From positions 11,844 through 75,843 of the forward strand of contig JAJYED010000001.1 in assembly GCA_021790305.1 (NCBI GenBank): 64,000 nt of DNA, in the 5' to 3' direction. Positions 18,443 through 25,553 of this stretch are shown piece by piece. Within the stretch, counting starts at the first letter, position 1. Each line of letters opens with the position of its first letter. This DNA is from Candidatus Micrarchaeota archaeon (lineage in GTDB: Archaea > Micrarchaeota > Micrarchaeia > Micrarchaeales > CABMGC01). A program made the position numbers and the translations under genes. The notes under the pieces were generated by a model. The model did no database searches. It saw only the letters and a list, made by a program, of their open reading frames with translations, and was not told the origin of the DNA.

Positions 18443-19265
18443 TACTTAATTCGTATGTTCTCTCAGATTTTGCTATAAACATAGCTGATATTCTCTCCGC
18501 TATTCTCTTGTTAAATAGGTTGCCATAATATTGTATAGACAATTGAGGTTCTGCCATCATTATGTAACTATGAACCAGATCAGCCTCCTTTATTGCAACT
18601 CCATGCTCTTTTCCGCGCGCCTCTTTCTTAACTGCTCTAAGAGACCCGAACGCCTCTCTAAAATCCCCAACTCTTATATCTGTGAGTATGTTAACTATCA
18701 AAGGTCTCAAAGGAGGTTCGTCCATCAAAGGCTGCATCATTTGCTGCACTGTTTTTTCCATTAATATATAATTTTCCTCTGCAGAAATAACTCCTTCACC
18801 ATTTTTATTAACAGAACTTGTGGAACGTGCGTGATTATACTCAGGAACATGCTGAATTCCTTGCTGCTCTCTCTTGCCAGTCATATAAGCATACGCAACA
18901 CCTATCCTATTAATTGCAAAATCATTATGTTCAATCTTGGCTTTCCCATAAGTTATCCTAAGAATATTCTCTGCCCCATCAAAATTACCAAATTCTATAT
19001 CTCTAAAAACAGCAACAATATATGGTCCCAACTGTTGATCGTAAAGCAACGGATACAAATCACTTCTGACAGAGTTCTCCACATTCAGGTCTCTTTTCGA
19101 GGAACTGTCATAATCAGACCTTGCTGTTTCGTACAATGCCTTTTCCACAGGCAATATACTTCCTGTATGTGCATCTGCATTAACTTGCAATGTAGCTCCA
19201 GCTATAAACATCCCTGCAACTGCTGCTTTTGCATATTTATCCAGCTTCTTATACATATTTCCCAA
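18429..19265 (-). CDS. Signal-anchored helical-repeat protein with an internal duplication, unknown function
   Basis: N-terminal hydrophobic segment AAVAGMFIAGATLQVNA. Two ~60-aa related blocks are present: LYPLLYDQQLGPYIVAVFRDIEFGNFDGAENILR and MQPLMDEPPLRPLIVNILTDIRVGDFREAFGSLR. Confidence 0.6.
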   Translation of the reverse strand: MGNMYKKLDKYAKAAVAGMFIAGATLQVNADAHTGSILPVEKALYETARSDYDSSSKRDLNVENSVRSDLYPLLYDQQLGPYIVAVFRDIEFGNFDGAENILRITYGKAKIEHNDFAINRIGVAYAYMTGKREQQGIQHVPEYNHARSTSSVNKNGEGVISAEENYILMEKTVQQMMQPLMDEPPLRPLIVNILTDIRVGDFREAFGSLRAVKKEARGKEHGVAIKEADLVHSYIMMAEPQLSIQYYGNLFNKRIAERISAMFIAKSERTYELSNGSY

Positions 19266-19345
19266 TATAAATTATGAATTTTCTTATATTTAAGAGTTAC
19301 TCTGGATTAGGAATGCTTTTATAAACTGAGAGCTAATCTTAAATT

Positions 19346-20629
19346 ATGATATGGATTCTGGGACTCATGCATTTGGTGCTATCGCTCGGAGATGTAAATG
19401 CACTAATCCCAATTATCGTAATACTAATACTTATCGTTGCAGCAGGAGGTCTAACACGAGGTTTTGATATATTCAGTTTATTTGGGCTCGGCACGCTTGC
19501 CGGAATAGGGCTTGGTAGTCGAGGATCAATTGCAAAGGGCAATGCATACGACAAGTCAGCCCCTTCTGGATTCAAAGACGCAACTGTATCCAAGATAGAT
19601 AAAAAAGAAATAAAAAAGATAAGAGAACAGATTAAAAACAAGGAGATAACAAGATGGAAAGGATTAAAGAAAATGGGAGCTGTCATGGGAGGAACCGCTT
19701 CCTCTCTAAGCGCAGCCGCAATGATTGGCAGTGCTTACAGAGAGCTTTCAAAGAAGCGGGAAAGTAAGACTTCTTATGGCGATAAAGACTCACCAAATAT
19801 CCTAAAAAGAGGAGCAAAAGCTGGGGGCACATCAAAGATGAGTGTAAGAGAATCTGAAAACGCAGTAGCAAATAGGGTAAGGATGGCAGTGATGAACGAA
19901 CCTCCAAACTTTAAACCAAGATCAAGTGTACCTGAACAGCCATACTCTGCAACCGAAACCAATTATAACTTCAAACCATCTCTTCCATTCTCTTCAATAG
20001 AAGCTGCTGTTGCATGGTCGCTATCATCACATAAGCAAGGTGGTTCTAATCAGGGAAAACCAACTATGGCTGAGATGTTAAGAACAAAAGAGATGAAGAG
20101 ACTTGCTGCAGAAGATCCAAAGGAATTCAACAGGAGATACCTCCGTATGGCAAGAAAACAACTGCTCCTGCATGGCAAATTGCATGCACAAGCTATGCGC
20201 GAGAAGTTCGATAAAGATCCGCGTTATAAAAAAGAGTACATAAAAGAAAAATACATACAGGCAGGCAAAGGCAGGCCAAGATTAGGCACTTATACTATCA
20301 ATCTAAGCAGGAAGGGCAACAAGAAGAATATCAGTGATAACGGTCCAAAGTTCGGACCCCATGAAGAAGCAAACATTGTCAGTGCCCGTGGTCGTTCGTT
20401 TAATATAAAGGGACCTACGAGCATGGAAATAAGTGCCAGCGTCGGTCAGCTTAAAAAGAAATGGAGCATAAAAGCAAAAGGAGAAGAAGCAAGTAAAAAG
20501 AGAATGAACAACATCGAGGAAGACTTCAGAAAAAGACAGGAAGATAAGTTAAAAGAAGCAGAAGAAGAAAGACATGCGAGAGAAGAACTCAAAGCAAAAA
20601 AAGAAAAAGAAAAGGAAGATGAAGAATAA
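19346..20629 (+). CDS. Membrane-anchored, highly basic low-complexity protein
   Basis: Two N-terminal hydrophobic helices are followed by ~360 aa rich in K/R/E, with a KEKEKEDEE end. No catalytic motif seen. Confidence 0.55.
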   Translation: MIWILGLMHLVLSLGDVNALIPIIVILILIVAAGGLTRGFDIFSLFGLGTLAGIGLGSRGSIAKGNAYDKSAPSGFKDATVSKIDKKEIKKIREQIKNKEITRWKGLKKMGAVMGGTASSLSAAAMIGSAYRELSKKRESKTSYGDKDSPNILKRGAKAGGTSKMSVRESENAVANRVRMAVMNEPPNFKPRSSVPEQPYSATETNYNFKPSLPFSSIEAAVAWSLSSHKQGGSNQGKPTMAEMLRTKEMKRLAAEDPKEFNRRYLRMARKQLLLHGKLHAQAMREKFDKDPRYKKEYIKEKYIQAGKGRPRLGTYTINLSRKGNKKNISDNGPKFGPHEEANIVSARGRSFNIKGPTSMEISASVGQLKKKWSIKAKGEEASKKRMNNIEEDFRKRQEDKLKEAEEERHAREELKAKKEKEKEDEE

Positions 20630-20712
20630 GAATGCAGAATAAGCAAAGAGCAAGGCCAACTATATCGTATAGTTTATTAAGCTGACCTATTATTTTATAT
20701 CAGGTAATCTGG

Positions 20713-21534
20713 TTGAACAAGAACTTTTCTTTCCTGATATTCTTGGGCCTGCTTTCAGGAGCTTTCATATGTGCAGTAATAATAGGCATACTGCCTCCAG
20801 GGTATGAAATAGTCGCAATAATCCTGGCGGCAATAGGGCTTCTTTTCGATGTAATTGCCGCATCTGCCAGGTTCTATTCATACTACTTCGTTCCATTCAT
20901 CAAGCGCAAGAACAATGTGGTTACGCTGAGCAACGAGCCACCATTCTTTGTGACAGCTTCGGGAAATGCAATAATAATAAAAGAAGAAGAAAACACCTAT
21001 GCGAGCGTCTTTGTAAAGATACCTGTCTATCTGTCTTCAACGGAGATGTCTGACGAGGAGAAGCTCAATTTTGCAAGATCCTTCTCGAAGATGATAACAG
21101 TCAATAGCAGATATCCGATGAAACTGGCATCACAGCTCTATTACCTTAACAAAGACGAGTACATACGAAGGATAAGTGCAAAGCTGAATGAAGTGGAAGA
21201 CAAGTACGATAAACTGAAAGCTGACAAGACCACGCCTGACAAGCTTCTGGAGCGCGTAGAAGGAGAGTTGGCGATGTGGCACAACCTCTTTGACGGGGTT
21301 AACAAGTCGCCCTCGCAGAACCAGATGGCATATGCCATGGTAAGTGCCCCCGGGGCGAACGAGGAGGAAGCAGTAGCGATAGCCATGCAGCGTGCAGAGG
21401 AGGTCGCAGCAGGAGCCGGCTCAATCTTCGGCGTGACTGCAAGCATAGCTACCGGAGAGGAGATGCTCACGTTTGTAGAGCCAGAATACAGCATACCTCC
21501 CGCAACGATAAGCGAGCTTCTCAAGAAGGGATAA
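20713..21534 (+). CDS. 2-TM plus ~200-aa soluble-domain protein, paralog a (possible VirB3/VirB4-N-domain-like component)
   Basis: TTG start and an N-terminal TM hairpin (FLIFLGLLSGAFICAVIIGIL / IVAIILAAIGLLFDVIAA). The soluble domain is collinear with the next ORF. It lies directly upstream of the VirB4-like ATPase. Confidence 0.55.
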   Translation: MNKNFSFLIFLGLLSGAFICAVIIGILPPGYEIVAIILAAIGLLFDVIAASARFYSYYFVPFIKRKNNVVTLSNEPPFFVTASGNAIIIKEEENTYASVFVKIPVYLSSTEMSDEEKLNFARSFSKMITVNSRYPMKLASQLYYLNKDEYIRRISAKLNEVEDKYDKLKADKTTPDKLLERVEGELAMWHNLFDGVNKSPSQNQMAYAMVSAPGANEEEAVAIAMQRAEEVAAGAGSIFGVTASIATGEEMLTFVEPEYSIPPATISELLKKG

Positions 21535-21536
21535 GC

Positions 21537-22361
21537 ATGGATGAAGAGACGATATTCAGGGTTGGGATCACATCGATACTTGCATTGATGTTCGCATCGT
21601 TCAGTGCAGCTTATGGTCCTTTGGATATACTTGCAATAATACTCTTCCTAGTTGCATTCATTCTTATAATGGTCATAAGCTTCGCAGACTTCTTACTCTT
21701 TCCGATATTCACAAAGCTTCTCAAGGTCAGCACAATTCCTGCAAGGGATTACACGATTCCTAAAGAAAACGACGGGATAGTAAAGTATGTTAACGGCCTT
21801 TACTACGCAACGGGATATCTTACTGCCAATGTCTACAATTATGTCTTCCAGGCGGAGCAGATGATAGAAGGGGAGGAGAGCGAGATGGTCATGGGGCCCG
21901 ACAAATGGGAAAAGGCAGTAATGAGCGTAAAATTCCCATTCAAATTCATAGCGATAGGGCAGGCTGTAGACATACAGAAGTACAGGGATGACCTGGAAGG
22001 AAGAAGGGCATATCTCGAATTCCAATACTCAAAAAGCGAGAGCGCTCCCAATGTCTCTACTTCAGTGCTCGAAGACCTAAAAAGAAGAACGCGAGTGCTT
22101 CAGGTAAGGATAGACAGACTTGGGGCCGGTGAGAGACCTCTTAGCAGCATGATGTATATAGAGACCACTGCAGTTGGAATAACAATGAGCGATGCCATGA
22201 GTAAACTTACCCAGCAGACAGACCAGCTGCAAACGGTATTCAATGTATTCGATCTTGACCTGATAAGGGTGGTGGGCAGGGAGATGTACAGTCTTTACAA
22301 GCTGAATTATTACATACCAACCATGGAAGAGATTATATCATCATTCCAGTTCCAAAAATGA
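21537..22361 (+). CDS. 2-TM plus ~200-aa soluble-domain protein, paralog b
   Basis: Starts 2 nt after the previous stop. It has the same architecture, and its C-terminal blocks align (MMYIETTAVGITMSDAMSKL...VFNVFDLDLIRVVGREM vs MAYAMVSAPGANEEEAVAIA...IFGVTASIATGEEM). Confidence 0.55.
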   Translation: MDEETIFRVGITSILALMFASFSAAYGPLDILAIILFLVAFILIMVISFADFLLFPIFTKLLKVSTIPARDYTIPKENDGIVKYVNGLYYATGYLTANVYNYVFQAEQMIEGEESEMVMGPDKWEKAVMSVKFPFKFIAIGQAVDIQKYRDDLEGRRAYLEFQYSKSESAPNVSTSVLEDLKRRTRVLQVRIDRLGAGERPLSSMMYIETTAVGITMSDAMSKLTQQTDQLQTVFNVFDLDLIRVVGREMYSLYKLNYYIPTMEEIISSFQFQK

Positions 22362-22401
22362 TAACTAAATAATATGTCTGAACAATGTTATGTGAACGAT
22401 T

Positions 22402-23907
22402 ATGGGATTAATAAGGATACAGAATGTAATGAGCAATGAACTTGCAAAGCGCGTCTTCCTTAGCAGACCCCCTGAGCCTCCGCCTGAATTCCTTCTCAAC
22501 GACCCTACTGATTCAATATTCATAGGCATAACGAGAAGGTTCGGCGTGCCTCTTACATGGACATTCGCAACGCTGACAAACCCTCACATCTCAGTAGTGG
22601 GAATAACAGGAGCCGGTAAGTCCTTCTTTGTAAAGACCTTCCTGATAAGAGCGAGCTACGTATGGAATGCAAATGCAATCATAATAGACTGGGCAGGAGA
22701 GTACAAATCATGGGTGGCACAGAGCGGAGGCAAGATCGTTGCCCTGGGAAAGGGCGATTTCATAAACATAATGGATCTCGCAGGCATGAAACCTCTTGAC
22801 AGGGCAAAGCAGATAATGAATGCACTTGACATACTGACCGATATTACCAGCTTTGCGGAGCAGAGAAGACTTACGGCAGAGGCCATAGAGCAGACTTATG
22901 TGAATGCAGGCTTCCCTCTTACCCAGATTCCAAAGGATGGAAAGGATGCCCCTACTCTGAAGAACGTGACCGCGCTGCTGGAGGAGAAGCTTGGCGAAGG
23001 TAACTACGCATATCCTGCAGAGCTTGAGAATGCGATATACAGATTAAGGGAATTCTCAAGAGAAGGGGAAGACTACTTTGCAAGGAAGAGCACAGTCGAT
23101 CTTGACAAACTTATCACATCCGGACTTGTAGACCTTGACCTTTCCGGTCTTCCCGATGAGAGGTTCAGGGCGCTTGCAGGACTATTCATACTGCAGACAT
23201 TGAAGGAAAAGATGCGTTTTGAAGGATGGAGTCCTAGCAAGGGACTTAAGGCAATAATAGTGCTTGACGAGGCATGGAAGATAGCAAGCGATGAAAGGAG
23301 CGACGCAATCACTATAATTAGAGAAGGTAGGAAGTACCAATTCGGCCTCATAGTTGCATCGCAGAACCCTACTGATATAAACGAGGCAATATTCTCCAAC
23401 GTAGGCACATCAATAATACTAAGGATAAGGTTCGAGAAGTTCCTCGACTACCTGCAGGGATCCCTTGGCTTTACGGCTTTCATGAGAGATGAGATAAGCA
23501 GGTTCGGAGTAGGCCAGGCGGCCATAGACCTCTCATTCCAGACCTCTATAAAATTCCCATCAGTATTCATAATAGAGCATATAATCGGGGAGATGCCTCT
23601 GAATGTCTATGCCATAACTCTTGGTGATATACTTCAGGAAAGCGAGATGAACGATACGACCATACAAAAGGACTATTATCTGAAGAAGATGGACATAATG
23701 GCAAAGCTTGTAAGGACAAATGCAAGTATGGACACCATAAACAGCATAATATTCGACATGGATAAGGCAAACCGCTCCGTAGATGTCAAAGCACTTGCAG
23801 GCATACTCACAAAGAACAATATAAATCGTGAAGCCATAATACAATTCTTAAGGGAGGTTGGGATACCTGATAATATTATAAGCAGAGTGTTCGTATATAT
23901 GAGATGA
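22402..23907 (+). CDS. VirB4/TrbE/TraC-like P-loop ATPase (FtsK-HerA superfamily)
   Basis: Walker A VVGITGAGKSFF and Walker B IIVLDEAWKIA (the DEAW form typical of VirB4-type ATPases). REGRKYQFGLIVASQNPTDI matches the RK...ATQ..D sensor region. Confidence 0.72.
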   Translation: MGLIRIQNVMSNELAKRVFLSRPPEPPPEFLLNDPTDSIFIGITRRFGVPLTWTFATLTNPHISVVGITGAGKSFFVKTFLIRASYVWNANAIIIDWAGEYKSWVAQSGGKIVALGKGDFINIMDLAGMKPLDRAKQIMNALDILTDITSFAEQRRLTAEAIEQTYVNAGFPLTQIPKDGKDAPTLKNVTALLEEKLGEGNYAYPAELENAIYRLREFSREGEDYFARKSTVDLDKLITSGLVDLDLSGLPDERFRALAGLFILQTLKEKMRFEGWSPSKGLKAIIVLDEAWKIASDERSDAITIIREGRKYQFGLIVASQNPTDINEAIFSNVGTSIILRIRFEKFLDYLQGSLGFTAFMRDEISRFGVGQAAIDLSFQTSIKFPSVFIIEHIIGEMPLNVYAITLGDILQESEMNDTTIQKDYYLKKMDIMAKLVRTNASMDTINSIIFDMDKANRSVDVKALAGILTKNNINREAIIQFLREVGIPDNIISRVFVYMR

Positions 23908-23911
23908 GTGC

Positions 23912-24211
23912 ATGGCAGGAACCTACATGATAAACAAGATAGAGCTCAAGCGCATACTCCATTCTTTCGGCGTTAATATAACGAGCGTTGAGAAAATGTT
24001 AGGGGAGCTCGACAAGATGCACAAGAATGTCAATGCGATAGAGTTTGCCAAGATGCTCTTTGGAGTAGGGCTGAAACAGTTGCAGGTCGAGACGATACTG
24101 AGAAGGATAGGAGTAGATGACCTTTCCATATCAGACATATTCGATAGGATAGATGAGGATAAGATACACCAGTCATTCGGAAGAGTGGTGGAACTCGGTG
24201 TAGATCTATAA
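23912..24211 (+). CDS. Small helical protein, unknown function
   Basis: 99-aa ORF starting 4 nt after the ATPase stop. No recognisable motif. Confidence 0.45.
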   Translation: MAGTYMINKIELKRILHSFGVNITSVEKMLGELDKMHKNVNAIEFAKMLFGVGLKQLQVETILRRIGVDDLSISDIFDRIDEDKIHQSFGRVVELGVDL

Positions 24212-24334
24212 CAAGGTGATGATGTAACAAGCAGTTATTGTATAATATGCGGCAAGAAGAAGGACGGGATAAAAGTCGCTGATGATCATGTCCTAAAGTC
24301 ACTCAGATGGTTCAAGACGAATATAACAAAGAAC

Positions 24335-24604
24335 GTGCAGAACAATGCGCTTGTAGTATGCAAGACCTGCTATCCGCAGTACAGCAAGCAGCGCAAGAAG
24401 TATGTAAGCAGGAGGACCGCATATGTGGCTTTGGGACTCATATTCCTTATACTGTCAATAATAATATCTTCCGGGGCATGGCTGACTGCACTGTCAATAG
24501 GCATATTCATAGTCATACTTCTATATGCATTATCACTTATCAATTACATGCCTGGCCTGCAGCTACCTAAAGTAAGCAAAAAGAACAGTTCAAGGAAGAA
24601 ATAA
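24335..24604 (+). CDS. Zinc-ribbon plus 2-TM small membrane protein (start unresolved; frame is open from 24212)
   Basis: The track ORF starts at GTG 24335 and contains CKTC plus two hydrophobic helices. A partner CIIC lies upstream in the same open frame at 24239-24250, with no canonical start before it. Confidence 0.5.
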   Translation: MQNNALVVCKTCYPQYSKQRKKYVSRRTAYVALGLIFLILSIIISSGAWLTALSIGIFIVILLYALSLINYMPGLQLPKVSKKNSSRKK

Positions 24605-24660
24605 GGTACCCTTTTTATTCTTTCATTTATCTATAATAAAGCAATAATGGAGGAGTTGTT

Positions 24661-25386
24661 TTGGCTGAAGATACTATAGTGCTTCCGAAAGTGGAGGAAT
24701 TGCAGCTTGAAGGGAAGCTCAAGACCTCATTCCCTGAAATCAAGGCAAAGTTGGCAAAGCTTCCTTTCTATGACGTTGGCGCTGATGCCAATTCAGTGAC
24801 TGCTGCAAAGGTGGAGAGCAGGAACATAGACAAGATGCCTTACCTGTTCCACATAGTGAAAATAAGCCCTAATAGCATAGATGTAAGCTATTCGATAATA
24901 CCGGACACGAGCGAAAGCATGAGACGGGCATATGTTGTAAAGAATATTGCAGGTATTCTCTCGCTGATAAGCAATGATTACGAGATCGATGTTCCGAAGT
25001 TCATGCAGTATGTTGATTCTACGCTCGGAAATCTCATAGATGGGATATCGCAGAACTACAACCTGCTGTACAATAAGTACGATTCATTAACTGCAGAGTA
25101 CAGGGAGATAAAGAGGCTTAACAATGAACTGGAGGCATCAAATAAGAACATTACTGTGCAGATTACCCAGCTAAGCGAGGAGAACAAGGAGCTTAAAGAG
25201 GAGCTTGACAAGCTGAAGAAGTACTCGGACGAGGCTCTCATGGGGCTGGTTCAGGAATGGGTGGAGGTACATGATAATTCTATAGACACGGAGCAGTTCG
25301 CAAAGAACTACGCAGTATCCATACCTAGAGTAGAGCAGATACTGAATAAGATGGTGATGCAGGGTTATCTTGAGGTAAAGTCATAG
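24661..25386 (+). CDS. Coiled-coil protein with a C-terminal winged-helix-like end
   Basis: TTG start. The central part is a heptad-rich region (NELEASNKNITVQITQLSEENKELKEELDKLKK). The C-terminus is IPRVEQILNKMVMQGYLEVKS. Confidence 0.5.
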   Translation: MAEDTIVLPKVEELQLEGKLKTSFPEIKAKLAKLPFYDVGADANSVTAAKVESRNIDKMPYLFHIVKISPNSIDVSYSIIPDTSESMRRAYVVKNIAGILSLISNDYEIDVPKFMQYVDSTLGNLIDGISQNYNLLYNKYDSLTAEYREIKRLNNELEASNKNITVQITQLSEENKELKEELDKLKKYSDEALMGLVQEWVEVHDNSIDTEQFAKNYAVSIPRVEQILNKMVMQGYLEVKS

Positions 25387-25394
25387 GTTGTCCG

Positions 25395-25541
25395 ATGAGA
25401 TATAACGTTGTCGTGAAGAGGCGCTTCCAGGACATACGTGTGTTTAAGGTAATAAAACGCATGAATGACAGGTCTAACAAGCTGTCAAGGGCCGTAATGA
25501 AATTCCTGGAGAAGAAGATGAACGAGGAAAAAAAGGTATAA
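25395..25541 (+). CDS. 48-aa basic protein, possible ribbon-helix-helix (CopG/Arc-like)
   Basis: MRYNVVVKRRFQDIRVFKVIKRMNDRSNKLSRAVMKFLEKKMNEEKKV. It shows a beta-strand then helix-turn-helix pattern with SRAVMKFL. It is below the track's size cutoff and was found by hand. Confidence 0.35.
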   Translation: MRYNVVVKRRFQDIRVFKVIKRMNDRSNKLSRAVMKFLEKKMNEEKKV

Positions 25542-25553
25542 CTGTTTATTTTA

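Noticed and set aside
24209-24211. TAA stop-codon readthrough or reassignment (also at 59476-59478), because in both places an open frame continues in phase after TAA
   Set aside because: TAA is used as the terminator of many well-supported genes in this window, such as rpl1 and lysS. An uS11-phosphomannomutase fusion is biologically implausible. The in-phase continuation has a one-in-three chance each time.
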